DNA of 58,380 nt from positions 1-58,380 of IMG/VR virus record IMGVR_UViG_3300028840_000492; one strand, written 5' to 3'. Of the stretch, positions 1 to 10,267 are shown in pieces. The position numbers were made by a program, and so were the translations under genes. The notes beneath the pieces were generated by a model that saw only the letters and a list, made by a program, of their open reading frames with translations, did no database searches and was not told the DNA's origin. Each line of letters starts with the position of its first letter. Within the stretch, counting starts at the first letter, position 1. This stretch comes from a virus (taxonomy: Duplodnaviria > Caudoviricetes).

Positions 1-56
1 TCAGGGACTCAAACACACCATCCCCTCTCACGATAGAGGATGGATAAAAGGACGGG

Positions 57-157
57 TATATATATATAATATTATATATAATATATCTTTTCCCTTTAGA
101 TAGATCTGATATATATCTATCTATCTAGATGGATATAGATATTATATAATATATATA
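57..157. repeat. AT-rich palindrome cluster (possible origin or packaging site)
   Basis: Perfect 20-bp palindrome TATATATAATATTATATATA (61-80), inverted repeat TAGATAGAT (97-105)/ATCTATCTA (119-127), and palindrome ATATTATATAATAT (139-152); non-coding and upstream of terS. Confidence 0.6.
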
Positions 158-385
158 GAGAGAAAAGGAACCACTCAGCACCGTAATCACCGTTTCCATC
201 CTGCGGGCCGAGGCCTAAATGGGACCCAAAAGGAGTCCCGGGGGTGGATTTTTCACCTCTATAACTACTTGTAATAATGCAACTAATTTTTACAAGCGGA
301 CAAAGTGGGGGGTCAGATACGGAATATATAATAGAGGGTGGTTTTTTCTGTCCTCTTCAGACTCATCTATAAGGGAAAAGAAACT

Positions 386-844
386 ATGGCTGGAAAGAGA
401 AAAATAGAGATGAAAGAGCTTATCGACCTCGCCCAGGTACGTGACGAATTAGGTAAGCCCCTAACGCATGAAGCGATAGCAAAGTCTCTCGGCGTGTCCC
501 GAGGAGCTGTAACCAAGGCTCTCAAGAAGGTCCCGCCTTCCGTCCTAGCTGCCAGAAACGTAGAAACGTTCCGAAACGCTAGAGCAGACATCTTTGCTGA
601 GGCTCAACGCCTAGCACTTACGTACCTGATGGACCCCACGAAGCTGAAAGCAGCAAGCCCGCAGCAGCTGATGACAGTTATCGGGATCCTCTACGATAAG
701 GAGAGATTAGAACAGGGAAAGGCGACCGAGCACGTTGCTGTAGCCCAGGTCAGTAAACTAGATCCTGACTCATTAAAGGCCATCAAGGATGCGATCCGGC
801 GCTCGACCCAACAGAAAATAGCAGAAGCTGCCGAAAATAGTTGA
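386..844 (+). CDS. terS: Putative terminase small subunit (HTH DNA-binding protein)
   Basis: HTH motif THEAIAKSLGVSRGAVTKALKK and C-terminal GILYDKERLEQGKATE typical of TerS-like proteins; start moved to ATG 386. Confidence 0.65.
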   Translation: MAGKRKIEMKELIDLAQVRDELGKPLTHEAIAKSLGVSRGAVTKALKKVPPSVLAARNVETFRNARADIFAEAQRLALTYLMDPTKLKAASPQQLMTVIGILYDKERLEQGKATEHVAVAQVSKLDPDSLKAIKDAIRRSTQQKIAEAAENS

Positions 845-979
845 TTCTAGGTGATAGCAGAACACTTCAGTAGGCAACCCAAGGGAGTCTATGACCGTTG
901 GGCCGTAGACCCATACATTTACGTCAGAGGTGAGATCCCTCTAGACATGATTTAAACTAAAATTTATACGGAGGGATCA

Positions 980-1168
980 ATGATCGATGACGCTTTTCGT
1001 CTCGCTGCAGTGGAGCAGAAGCTTCAGCGGGCGACACGGTTATTAGAGGAAGCAGTTGCTATCGTTAACAACTGCAAAATGGAAGAAGGTTGGAGGGAAT
1101 ATACGTTAGAACAGATACCAGCAGCCAATAGTTACTCAACAAGCGATGCAGATGAGTGTATTACTTGA
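980..1168 (+). CDS. Hypothetical protein
   Basis: ATG preceded by GGAGG. Confidence 0.5.
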   Translation: MIDDAFRLAAVEQKLQRATRLLEEAVAIVNNCKMEEGWREYTLEQIPAANSYSTSDADECIT

Positions 1169-1226
1169 GGCTGAGCGGAACCTCAAGGTCATTGAGGGTT
1201 AAATAAATAAAATTTCGGAGGCGGTC

Positions 1227-1430
1227 GTGCCTGTATCCTGGACTGATTACGAACGGGGGAAGCATAGATGTGAGAATTGTAGGTATTATGTGAGATCTGA
1301 GAAAGTGCAAGACCATTTCAGGTGTGCATATCCTGAAAATATTGTTCACTGTTCGATTGGTAAGGTTTATCAGTGGTCGCCCGATAAGAATTGGGATGGA
1401 AAATGCGAACACTACGAGGAATTATCGTAG
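1227..1430 (+). CDS. Small Cys-rich, probably Zn-binding protein
   Basis: GGAGG then GTG; CENC...C...C pattern. Confidence 0.6.
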   Translation: MPVSWTDYERGKHRCENCRYYVRSEKVQDHFRCAYPENIVHCSIGKVYQWSPDKNWDGKCEHYEELS

Positions 1431-1735
1431 GATTCTTGTTCGTTATCCTCACAGCGACAGGAGTTCAGAGCTATTGGCGTGCTAACGCTACAATAGACGA
1501 GGAAAATGTAATAAATTCATTGGGATTGATGGTAAAATCGGGGCTGGTTTGGGAGGATACGCAGTGGAAGTTCATTTTCCTGGACACAACCGGAGACTAT
1601 AAGCCCAATTATGTCCTGGTTATGCAACATTGGTGCGGAGAATGGCAGCTGATTGCCTGTCAAGAGTATAATAAAGCAGTTGATGATTATATTAAGGAGT
1701 ATCTTGAGAATTGGAGGTACTTACATTCCATATAA
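1403..1735 (+). CDS. Secreted or membrane-anchored hypothetical protein
   Basis: N-terminal hydrophobic segment; start moved to ATG 1403. Confidence 0.55.
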   Translation: MRTLRGIIVGFLFVILTATGVQSYWRANATIDEENVINSLGLMVKSGLVWEDTQWKFIFLDTTGDYKPNYVLVMQHWCGEWQLIACQEYNKAVDDYIKEYLENWRYLHSI

Positions 1736-1744
1736 GGGGGAAAA

Positions 1745-2200
1745 ATGTTTAAAAAATTATTTATCGGAATTTTAGCACTGGCAGTTATGGCTTGTGCGGG
1801 ATTAGAAGTTAAGGAACGAGTGTTCAACGGTAAATTGGACACAGAGATCTATGTTACAGATCTAGATGAAAAGACGTATCTCACTGATTTTACGGATCAG
1901 GATTGGCCCTGGATCGCAGGGATGGAAAAGAATGTGCAGACAAATAGTATGCCTGATTTTGAACTCTTGAAAGTTTGGTTATACATGATAGATCCTGGAG
2001 AATATGGTGCTGATGCTATTGGTTTGTTAGCTGATTTAGACGGTGATGGAGTTGCTGATGATTCTATGTACTGTATGATTAAACATGGTTATGCGACTAA
2101 GACTATGGATGAGTGCATAGCAGATGGCGCTTTTAGCCAGTGTATGCGTATGCCACCGGATGGATTTGTAACTGCTTTAGACAAAGAATTAGCGAAATAA
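1745..2200 (+). CDS. Putative lipoprotein with DxDGDG loop
   Basis: MFKKLFIGILALAVMAC lipobox-like signal; DLDGDGVADD. Confidence 0.65.
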   Translation: MFKKLFIGILALAVMACAGLEVKERVFNGKLDTEIYVTDLDEKTYLTDFTDQDWPWIAGMEKNVQTNSMPDFELLKVWLYMIDPGEYGADAIGLLADLDGDGVADDSMYCMIKHGYATKTMDECIADGAFSQCMRMPPDGFVTALDKELAK

Positions 2201-2212
2201 AAGGAATAAACG

Positions 2213-3889
2213 ATGACAGATTACTTTGTGGACGAGGTCAATGGCGCTGATATTAACACAGGTTTAGATACAGATAATGCGTGGGCCACTGCAGCCTATG
2301 GTATGTCCAACACAACTGGAGCAGGAGATACTGTATGGATCAGAAGGAACGTTTCTGATCTAAGAGCTGCTGGTGTTACAGTTAATAGAGACGGAACTAC
2401 ATCATCTAAATTAAGATTTATAGGTTGGCCTCGTGGGACCCACGCTATAGCTAGTTCTGATTGGACTAATGGTTCAACAACTGTTACAATAGATGACGGC
2501 GGTATGGCAAAGGATTCTGAGATCGGCAGATGGATCGTAGGTCCTGACGGTGGATACTATCTGATAACAAATGTTACGGCAGCTGATACGATCATCATAG
2601 ATCGTAAGTATGCAGGGGCTACAGTGAGTAACGATGCTACAGCAGTTATACAAGCAGACGAGGATTACGCTGAGGCGCAAGCGATTGATGACTCAGCCTG
2701 GACGATTAAGCTCAGTACCTGGACGGCTGACAGTGATGTAATGGCATCGATTGATTTCAATAATGCTAACCTACAAATGGATATTAATACAGGTTATTTT
2801 GTTGAGATTAAAAATCTAAAGATCCATAACAGTGTTAACTTAGAGTTAATAAATGTATCTACTAATGGAGAATGTCCCAAGTTTATAGGATGTTATTTTG
2901 TTCAGAACAATAACAGAAATGTATTTCAAGTTTCATATGGAAGTTTATTCCTGAAAAGATGTATTATGACAGGATCTGGCAATGTTGCCAACACTGGTAA
3001 TAGTTTAATTAACTCCACGACACATGGTATGATTTACATTAAAGACTCAGCTCTGTACGATGCTGGAGCATATCCGCTAGTTGGTTTAGTTAATACCCAA
3101 TATATTTTAGATAATGTTAATCTAGGAATAGAAGGACGTAATGAGGCTGGTGATCTTTATGTTAAACTTAATTCCTTTTCTGCTCCCTATATTTGGAAAG
3201 ACGTTCGGATAGAAGGTGGCGGAACAAACGGAGAGTGGAATGACGCTGGCGCTTATCATTTTGGAATCTATATAGAGAATTATCAGAAACAATTAGGGTA
3301 TCAGAAAACTATCAGGAGAGAGGGAGATATTGTTACGGTCTCCGCTGATGGTGCAGGGGATAGGCCTAGTCAGCGTACTGGTGGATCCAGTACAGTACTA
3401 GAAATAACGTTTGATAATAATGCAAGCCTTGAAGCTTATTCGGATTTAACAGAACGTCCGATCTTTGACATTAGATTAATTGCACCAGCTGCATCGTCTA
3501 CTTATAGGTTTTACATAAACTCAGAAGGTGCGTTAACTGCTAACGATTTATATATAGTTGGTGAATATGTCATATCCTACGATGCTGTCGATGAGTGGGC
3601 TGTTAAACGAGTTGTGTCAACTAATACAGTTTCAGCTAGAGCTAATGCTGCAGATTGGTCACAATACATAGAGGTAACAGTAGCACCAGCTGTAGAAAGT
3701 CCGATACGTCTTCTTGGATATTGTAATTATTACCACGCCACGAACAACATCTATATAGATCCTGTTGTATCTATAGATGGGTCTAACTATGCAGATGTTG
3801 TAACACAAGGAGGAGGCTCATTGGTCGGAGGCCAGATGGTTAATGGTCTTAAAGGAGCAAGTGGTGGTGGCGGAGCTGGATGGTTTTAA
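2213..3889 (+). CDS. Putative virion surface protein (beta-helix or carbohydrate-binding-like)
   Basis: N-terminal YFVDEVNGADINTGLDTDNAWAT resembles beta-helix protein caps; rich in N/T/G/beta-formers; Gly-rich tail. Confidence 0.5.
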   Translation: MTDYFVDEVNGADINTGLDTDNAWATAAYGMSNTTGAGDTVWIRRNVSDLRAAGVTVNRDGTTSSKLRFIGWPRGTHAIASSDWTNGSTTVTIDDGGMAKDSEIGRWIVGPDGGYYLITNVTAADTIIIDRKYAGATVSNDATAVIQADEDYAEAQAIDDSAWTIKLSTWTADSDVMASIDFNNANLQMDINTGYFVEIKNLKIHNSVNLELINVSTNGECPKFIGCYFVQNNNRNVFQVSYGSLFLKRCIMTGSGNVANTGNSLINSTTHGMIYIKDSALYDAGAYPLVGLVNTQYILDNVNLGIEGRNEAGDLYVKLNSFSAPYIWKDVRIEGGGTNGEWNDAGAYHFGIYIENYQKQLGYQKTIRREGDIVTVSADGAGDRPSQRTGGSSTVLEITFDNNASLEAYSDLTERPIFDIRLIAPAASSTYRFYINSEGALTANDLYIVGEYVISYDAVDEWAVKRVVSTNTVSARANAADWSQYIEVTVAPAVESPIRLLGYCNYYHATNNIYIDPVVSIDGSNYADVVTQGGGSLVGGQMVNGLKGASGGGGAGWF

Positions 3890-3965
3890 TAGCGCAGAAA
3901 GTGGCGCTCAACAAATGAACTATACGTTAGGGGGAAATACAGGGGTAGCGCCCTAGGAGTAAGAT

Positions 3966-4580
3966 ATGGGAATTATGAAAGGAGCGATTGTTAGGCAACC
4001 TAATAAATCTAAGAACTCAGCGTTCAAGGTGCTAACGGTCGATGGAGCTACTGAGGCATTAAATGTTATTGATTATGTCCACCATGAAATACATGAAGGA
4101 TCTCATTATCATTACAGTAACTTCTTTACATTGGCTGCTAAGAGTTCAGCAAGTTCAACAGCGTACATACATTTGGCTGTACCTAACACAACCAAGTGGC
4201 CCCACATAACAATGGGAGTTGGAGCTAATTTAGGATTGATATATGCCAGGATGTATGAAGGAATCACCTTTGCTAGTGCAGCCAGTTATGGAAGCGTGGC
4301 TGCTAGTCCTGCTGTGATCAATAATAATAGAAATGTGACAAGTACTAACGGACTGATTGTGTATACATCACCAACGATTGCGTCATTAAAGACACAGATC
4401 ATGGCACAGGCTATTGGGACTACTGGATTTAAAACAGCTGCAGCAGGTACAGGAACAAGGGAGGATGAACTTCTTCTCAAACAGAATACAAGATATGCCA
4501 TTGCCCTGGCAAACCAGCACTCAGCAGCACAAACAGTAAATCTATCATTAAACTGGTACGAACACACGCATAGGAATTAA
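3966..4580 (+). CDS. Hypothetical, possibly structural beta-sandwich protein
   Basis: 204-aa ORF with GGAG SD; HHEIHEG motif; A/T/S-rich. Confidence 0.6.
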   Translation: MGIMKGAIVRQPNKSKNSAFKVLTVDGATEALNVIDYVHHEIHEGSHYHYSNFFTLAAKSSASSTAYIHLAVPNTTKWPHITMGVGANLGLIYARMYEGITFASAASYGSVAASPAVINNNRNVTSTNGLIVYTSPTIASLKTQIMAQAIGTTGFKTAAAGTGTREDELLLKQNTRYAIALANQHSAAQTVNLSLNWYEHTHRN

Positions 4581-4582
4581 AC

Positions 4583-4927
4583 ATGAGCTTAATTAGATCA
4601 TTTACCGGAAAGAGCGCAGCTAATACAGCTAAGACGCACACGATCACTAAGCCAGTAGCTTCAACTAACGTATCTAGAGATATATTAATTCACAGTTTGA
4701 CAGTGTCAACATCTGGTGGCGATATAGCTGCAGATTGTACAATAGCTGTTAATGATAATGGAACTTCTGTATGGGAAGTTGAACTGCGAAATGCTAAAAT
4801 TTATGGTGGTCATTTTGATTTTTCAAGTTGTCCTATACCAATTAGGGATGGTAATTGTACGATTGTCACAGATGCAGCAGGGGCTAATGTTATTGTAACT
4901 GTTTCAGCAATCTATGAACTTGTATAA
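4583..4927 (+). CDS. Hypothetical small beta-rich protein, possibly structural
   Basis: Closely follows upstream ORF; beta-strand composition. Confidence 0.55.
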   Translation: MSLIRSFTGKSAANTAKTHTITKPVASTNVSRDILIHSLTVSTSGGDIAADCTIAVNDNGTSVWEVELRNAKIYGGHFDFSSCPIPIRDGNCTIVTDAAGANVIVTVSAIYELV

Positions 4928-4937
4928 GGGAGGCAAG

Positions 4938-5147
4938 ATGCCAGCACAACCAGAGTTAGTGAACGCTCGACAAAAGAAGTTTTGTTTAGGGTTAGCGTGG
5001 TGCGAGGTATTTTTTCCTAATGTTTTCTTTATGGAAGTAGACCATGACACCGGATCAGTTAGGTTTTTGGGAGAACAAAATCAAATAGAGTTATTTAAAG
5101 ATACTCTGAATAAGATGTTAGACGATGAGGAGCAGGACTATGAGTGA
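4938..5147 (+). CDS. Hypothetical protein
   Basis: GGGAGG SD before ATG 4938. Confidence 0.55.
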   Translation: MPAQPELVNARQKKFCLGLAWCEVFFPNVFFMEVDHDTGSVRFLGEQNQIELFKDTLNKMLDDEEQDYE

Positions 5148-5343
5148 AAACAAAGAAGCCATGGCAGAGAAATGGCTAAAGGCAGCTTGGAAGAAAATGA
5201 TGGGTAAGCAAGGCAATACCCCTGGTGCAGTAGATACTGACCAAATGGACTTCGTTGAATCCAGGCAGAATCAATTAGACACGATGAACAAAGAGCTGGA
5301 CGATCAGGATCTGAGTCCGCTCAACAGAAAAATATTTGAATAA
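5140..5343 (+). CDS. Hypothetical protein
   Basis: ATG 5140 overlapping upstream ORF end. Confidence 0.5.
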   Translation: MSENKEAMAEKWLKAAWKKMMGKQGNTPGAVDTDQMDFVESRQNQLDTMNKELDDQDLSPLNRKIFE

Positions 5344-5352
5344 GGATTAATT

Positions 5353-6969
5353 ATGGGGGATTTATCCGATCAACAAATAGCCCAGTATATGCAGACGTTG
5401 GACTGCTTTACCTGGATTACGGATAACAAATTAGAACTTAGTCATGGCCCATGGAAGTTAGCTGGTCATGAGTACCAAGTGGGTTGGCTTCAGCACGATG
5501 GAAGGGAGCAATGTTTTATCAAAGGCGCTCAGATTGGTGCAACGGAAGTCTTGGTTCTTCGTACTCTACACGGCATGATTATGGGCCACTACCCTCAAGG
5601 TAGTCTATATTTATTTCCAACACGAGATGACGTAAGGGACTTTAGTAAGGCCCGATTCGATCCTCTCATCAGTGCCAATCCGTTTATTGGTGGGTTTGTG
5701 CAGAACACAGACGCACAGAACATTAAACAGATTGGTCGTGGTTTCTTATATCTTCGTGGGGCTAGATCAACCAAGAACGTAGGAGGAGCTAAGAAGTCAA
5801 GCTCACAGCTCAAATCAATTCCTGTCGATCGTGTGGTGTTCGATGAGTTGGATGAGATGGAGTCTGACATGATCATACTAGCCAAGGAACGTGTATCCCA
5901 CTCAGAGAAGAAAGAGTTAATGTACTTAGGAACTCCAACGATACCTGATTATGGGATAGACAGGATGTATCAACTCAGCACACAGAACGCATGGTTTATC
6001 AGATGTGAGGCCTGTGGGAAGGAGACCTGTCTTGATATTGAATTTCCTAATAGCATCCGCCGTAATCTGGACGGTACTTGTTACCGTGCATGTATTCATT
6101 GTCATAAGGAAATACATCCTAGAAATGGGAGATGGGTGGAGCAATATCCGAACAGGGATATTGTTGGTTGGTGGATTTCTCAGCTTAATTCTGTATATGT
6201 TGATCCCACTTATATTTTAGATCTTTACGAGGATCCTCCACACAATGATCTGAGTGAAGTTATGAACTCGAAGCTGGGACGAGCTTACATTCCAGCAGAG
6301 AACAGACTAACTACGCAAGACGTCTATGCGTGTCAGAACGACGATCCCATGTTAACTAAACACGAAGGCCCATGTTGTATGGGGGTCGATGTGGGAACAG
6401 AGTTACATGTAGTGATCGGCGTTAGGCCTAATAGAAATAGTCTACGCATCGTAAAGATGTGCAGGGTTAGTTCGTTCAACGACTTGCACGATCTTGCAAG
6501 AGACTTTAATGTAAAGTCTACCGTTATTGATTTATTTCCAGAGCAACGGAAAGTCAGGGAGTTTCAAAGAAACGAACACCATCAAGTATTCGCCTGTCAA
6601 TACGTGGAAACACGAACAGGCCAAACAGCATGGGACGATCGAGATTTGGTTATCAAGTGTAACCGAACAGAGATCTGCGATGCTACCCATGATTTAGTCG
6701 TCAGTCCAGGACGATTATCTATCCCTCGTAGGAACAACGAGGTGGAACAGTATGCTAAAGAAATGTGTAACATAGCAAAGATACTTGAGGAAGATTCGGG
6801 TACTGGGGCCAAGACATATCGATACAAGAAACTATCTGGCCCTGATCATTACAGACATGCAACTAACTATTGCCTTCTGGCTTCCGAACGTTGTGGGGTT
6901 ATCAGTGACAAGAAACTGTTAGGAAGATTTTTCACCGGCAGATTACGTCGAAACTGGATGACCAGTTGA
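5353..6969 (+). CDS. terL: Terminase large subunit, lambda GpA-like
   Basis: KGAQIGATE Walker A variant, VVFDELDEM Walker B, GTPT coupling motif, CxxC pairs, nuclease motifs MGVDVG and PDHYRHA. Confidence 0.9.
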   Translation: MGDLSDQQIAQYMQTLDCFTWITDNKLELSHGPWKLAGHEYQVGWLQHDGREQCFIKGAQIGATEVLVLRTLHGMIMGHYPQGSLYLFPTRDDVRDFSKARFDPLISANPFIGGFVQNTDAQNIKQIGRGFLYLRGARSTKNVGGAKKSSSQLKSIPVDRVVFDELDEMESDMIILAKERVSHSEKKELMYLGTPTIPDYGIDRMYQLSTQNAWFIRCEACGKETCLDIEFPNSIRRNLDGTCYRACIHCHKEIHPRNGRWVEQYPNRDIVGWWISQLNSVYVDPTYILDLYEDPPHNDLSEVMNSKLGRAYIPAENRLTTQDVYACQNDDPMLTKHEGPCCMGVDVGTELHVVIGVRPNRNSLRIVKMCRVSSFNDLHDLARDFNVKSTVIDLFPEQRKVREFQRNEHHQVFACQYVETRTGQTAWDDRDLVIKCNRTEICDATHDLVVSPGRLSIPRRNNEVEQYAKEMCNIAKILEEDSGTGAKTYRYKKLSGPDHYRHATNYCLLASERCGVISDKKLLGRFFTGRLRRNWMTS

Positions 6970-6979
6970 GGGAGGAAAT

Positions 6980-7447
6980 ATGAGTAAATTAGTATTTAAT
7001 ACAGGTAAGGAAGTTGAGTTTCCTTATCACGATTGGGATAAGACGATCCTGAACCTGAAGACAGGTGGCTTGAGGATGACGCTTATCGGGGGAGTTGTAG
7101 TACCACTGAACAGTCAGAACATACAATTCTTAGAGAAAGGCGAACCGCCTGCAAAAGAAGAGGTTATTGACGTTGAGTTTACGGTAGTTGAGGAAGTTGA
7201 AGAGGAAGAGGAAAAGGAACTAACGCCCCAGGAAAAGCAGGACAAACTGCTGGAAGAGATGAAAGCTAAGTCAGATTGTAAACATCCACCGGAGAAACAG
7301 GAACTGCATTTCCAGGATACCAAAACAGGTAGAAAATATTTCAATGTGTGCTCATTCTGTGGAATACGAAGTCGCTTCATTGCCATGAAAGATTTGCAGG
7401 AGCAAGGACTAGATTTGGACAAAGCTAAAGAATGGGTTGTCAAATAA
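6980..7447 (+). CDS. Hypothetical protein with acidic linker and C-terminal Zn ribbon
   Basis: GGAGG SD; poly-Glu stretch; CKH...CSFC. Confidence 0.7.
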   Translation: MSKLVFNTGKEVEFPYHDWDKTILNLKTGGLRMTLIGGVVVPLNSQNIQFLEKGEPPAKEEVIDVEFTVVEEVEEEEEKELTPQEKQDKLLEEMKAKSDCKHPPEKQELHFQDTKTGRKYFNVCSFCGIRSRFIAMKDLQEQGLDLDKAKEWVVK

Positions 7448-7457
7448 AGGATAAACT

Positions 7458-9575
7458 ATGTTTGAAGGATTATCAAAAGACAATAAGCTAAAGGAAGCCA
7501 AGAGATTATTTTCTTTAGCTGTCTCCTCCGATCGAAAGTGGCAGTCCGATGCTGCAGATGATTTCAAGTTTAGGGACGGCGATCAGTGGACTGAAGACGA
7601 GAAGCGGATTCTCCAAGAGGAACTTCGTCCTGTATTGACATTCAATCTAACCAAATCGAGTATCGACTTGATTATGGGTATGAATCAGGACAACAGAGTT
7701 AAGCACCGATGCTCTCCTGTTGAACCTACAGATGCATTTCTATCAGAGGTTTTAAACGATATAATGGATTGGACAGCTGAAGCTCAGGGGTTTGAGGATG
7801 AGGAAGACGCTGCACTAGAGTCAGCATGTATCTGTGGTAGGGGATTTGTAGGAATTGATTTTGGTCCAGACCCAAAGAGATTTGGTGAGATCGTTATGGA
7901 GCAAGTGGTAATCCCCGTTAATGAAATACACTTTGATCCAGCAGCCAGACGGCCTATGCTGGATGATGCTTCTTATATCTGTTGGGACAGATGGATGTCT
8001 CAGGCAGATTTTCGTATGAAGTATCCTAAGATTAAAGGCAAACGTCTGGAGGAGATCATCAAGTCTAATAAGAGTCTTGGGTATGGTACGAGCGCAGTCG
8101 AGTTACCTGACGCTGCATTTGACCTACCAGCTGACTTTGGTTATTCTGATGATAGCGACTATGATAAGCCTTTAGATTATACGTTTTATGACCAGAGTAA
8201 GGATATGGTACGCATAGTACATATGGAATACTGGGAGGTCTATGAGCGTTATTTTGGATTCGATCCTGAGAGTGGACAGTGGGTTGAGTTTGATAAGAAG
8301 ATGCTGCCAGAACTTAAAGCTGCAGCTCAAGACAATGGGTTTGAGTTTGCATACGAGACATTGGCAGACAAGCGTGTTAGGTGGATGCAATTCTGTGGTA
8401 TGGAAGTTTTATTTGATGACGTATCTCCTATGCCGTTCGATGGGTTCTCTATTGTACCCTGCATAGCTTATAGGGACGTCAGCATGAAATCAGCTAACCA
8501 CTTTGGGTTGGTTAGGTTAATGAAAGATCCGCAGAAGGAAGTTAACAAGAGGTGGAGCCAGGCGCTAAACATGTTGAACCAACAGGTGCAACCTGGAGTA
8601 TACGCTGAGTCAGATGCGTTCTTGGATGATCAGCAGGCTAAGCTATCACTCAAGGAATCTGGTTCAATCACATGGACACAGCCTGGAGCAATTACCCAAG
8701 GTAAGATCAAAGAGAGAACAGTACCATCATTTCCTAACGCACCTATGCAGATGGAGCAGTTCTCACAAGATATTATGAAGAAGATTACTGGAATCAACCC
8801 TGACCTTTTGGGTCAGGATAGAGGACGGCAGGAACCTGGAGTCGTGATCCGACTGCGTCAGCAGCAGGGCGTGACACTATTGAAGCCGTTGTTCCGTAAC
8901 TTCAATAATATGAAGAAAGAGTTATTCAAACGTCAGCTGGCTATCATCATGGAATATATGCCTGATTCGCAGATATTGAGGATTTTAGGACAGGGGGAAC
9001 GATACCAAATCGACCGACAATCCGGAATGATAATGGATCAAATGACAGGAATGACAGCTAATCTGAGGGACGCTAGAGCGCTTGAGTATAATATAGTCGC
9101 AGAGGAAGCCCCGGGTAACATGACAAAGAGGATGCTCGAACTGAGTGTCTTAACGGAAATGATGCAGGGTGGGTTCCCAGTTGATCCTATGTTGATACTT
9201 GAGAAGCTGGAGCTGTCTGCCTCGGATAAAGCACGTTGGTCTGAATACATTAACTCACAACAGCAGGCTCAGACTGAGGAACAGGAAGAAATGAAACAAC
9301 TTGAGATTGCCTTTAAGGATCGTGAGATTAAGGTAGACGAACAACGCAACATGTTAGACTTCGTGCTAGGTCTGGCAAAGATTAACCAACAGGCAGATAA
9401 GGACGACAAGAAGATGGTTACATCTATGATGCAGCTAGACGCAGAGCAGCGAAGGTCAATTGCTCAGTTCATAGTAGATATGGCGGGGGTAATGCAACAA
9501 GCCGATGCTGCTGCGGAGCAAGCCAAAGCAGCTAAATTAATCGGGGGGAGTAGCAATACTAAGAGTAAGACCTAA
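7458..9575 (+). CDS. Portal protein, P22-like
   Basis: FRDGDQW, RPVLTFN, GLVRLMKDPQKEVNKRWS motifs; Gln-rich C-terminal coiled coil; position after terL. Confidence 0.9.
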   Translation: MFEGLSKDNKLKEAKRLFSLAVSSDRKWQSDAADDFKFRDGDQWTEDEKRILQEELRPVLTFNLTKSSIDLIMGMNQDNRVKHRCSPVEPTDAFLSEVLNDIMDWTAEAQGFEDEEDAALESACICGRGFVGIDFGPDPKRFGEIVMEQVVIPVNEIHFDPAARRPMLDDASYICWDRWMSQADFRMKYPKIKGKRLEEIIKSNKSLGYGTSAVELPDAAFDLPADFGYSDDSDYDKPLDYTFYDQSKDMVRIVHMEYWEVYERYFGFDPESGQWVEFDKKMLPELKAAAQDNGFEFAYETLADKRVRWMQFCGMEVLFDDVSPMPFDGFSIVPCIAYRDVSMKSANHFGLVRLMKDPQKEVNKRWSQALNMLNQQVQPGVYAESDAFLDDQQAKLSLKESGSITWTQPGAITQGKIKERTVPSFPNAPMQMEQFSQDIMKKITGINPDLLGQDRGRQEPGVVIRLRQQQGVTLLKPLFRNFNNMKKELFKRQLAIIMEYMPDSQILRILGQGERYQIDRQSGMIMDQMTGMTANLRDARALEYNIVAEEAPGNMTKRMLELSVLTEMMQGGFPVDPMLILEKLELSASDKARWSEYINSQQQAQTEEQEEMKQLEIAFKDREIKVDEQRNMLDFVLGLAKINQQADKDDKKMVTSMMQLDAEQRRSIAQFIVDMAGVMQQADAAAEQAKAAKLIGGSSNTKSKT

Positions 9576-9592
9576 GAACGGGGGGAGTATCA

Positions 9593-9784
9593 ATGGCAAA
9601 ACTAAGCAATCAAAGTAGCAAGCGTCCTGTGCTACGTAGACAGAAAGGGTGGACGGGATTCGTAAGGAGTTATAACAAGTATATCAAGGAGGGGAGTTAT
9701 GATAACATGGCTTGGGGTACTGGAACTATTCCTCCCAAATCGGTCACGAAAGACGAAATGGGAAAAATCACGATCAAATTCTAA
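9593..9784 (+). CDS. Small basic hypothetical protein
   Basis: GGGGAG SD before ATG. Confidence 0.5.
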   Translation: MAKLSNQSSKRPVLRRQKGWTGFVRSYNKYIKEGSYDNMAWGTGTIPPKSVTKDEMGKITIKF

Positions 9785-9937
9785 CTATCCTTATTATGAT
9801 AGTTATGATATTCCAGCAGATGAATATTCCACTAATCCATTGGCGGGGTCATTGAGCAGCGCCAGTTATTGTGATAGCTATACTATGGAATACTCATACG
9901 ACTCGGACGGAATTAAAGTAGAGGGGGAATTTAAACC

Positions 9938-10159
9938 ATGAAAGATGTACGAAAAAGATTTGAGCAAATTCTAAAAGAATTCATCGTTCTTTACGATGCT
10001 CACGCAGCTAGTGACAAACAAGGAAAGGTAGATAGCCTTGTTCTTATTCAGACTGCATTGAACAATTTGTTAGCGCTCAATCAGTATGAAATGGGAAAAG
10101 CGCAGCTTGAGATGAGTTGCGATGCTTGTATGAAAGATTCTGAGGAATCGGAATCTTAG
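9938..10159 (+). CDS. Hypothetical protein
   Basis: 73-aa helical ORF in the operon. Confidence 0.55.
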   Translation: MKDVRKRFEQILKEFIVLYDAHAASDKQGKVDSLVLIQTALNNLLALNQYEMGKAQLEMSCDACMKDSEESES

Positions 10160-10164
10160 TCTTT

Positions 10165-10267
10165 CATTCTCTGATCTCCCCCTCGGAGAATGTTAATGGG
10201 GTGGATGGACTGATCATCTGTCCACTCCAATATAAAATTTATGTTAGGCGGGAGTTAACTCGACTCC
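10165..10267 (+). promoter_or_regulatory. Three stem-loops upstream of the scaffold gene
   Basis: 10165-10174/10183-10192 (10 bp), 10197-10209/10217-10229 (13 bp with G-U pairs), 10251-10255/10263-10267. Confidence 0.5.
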
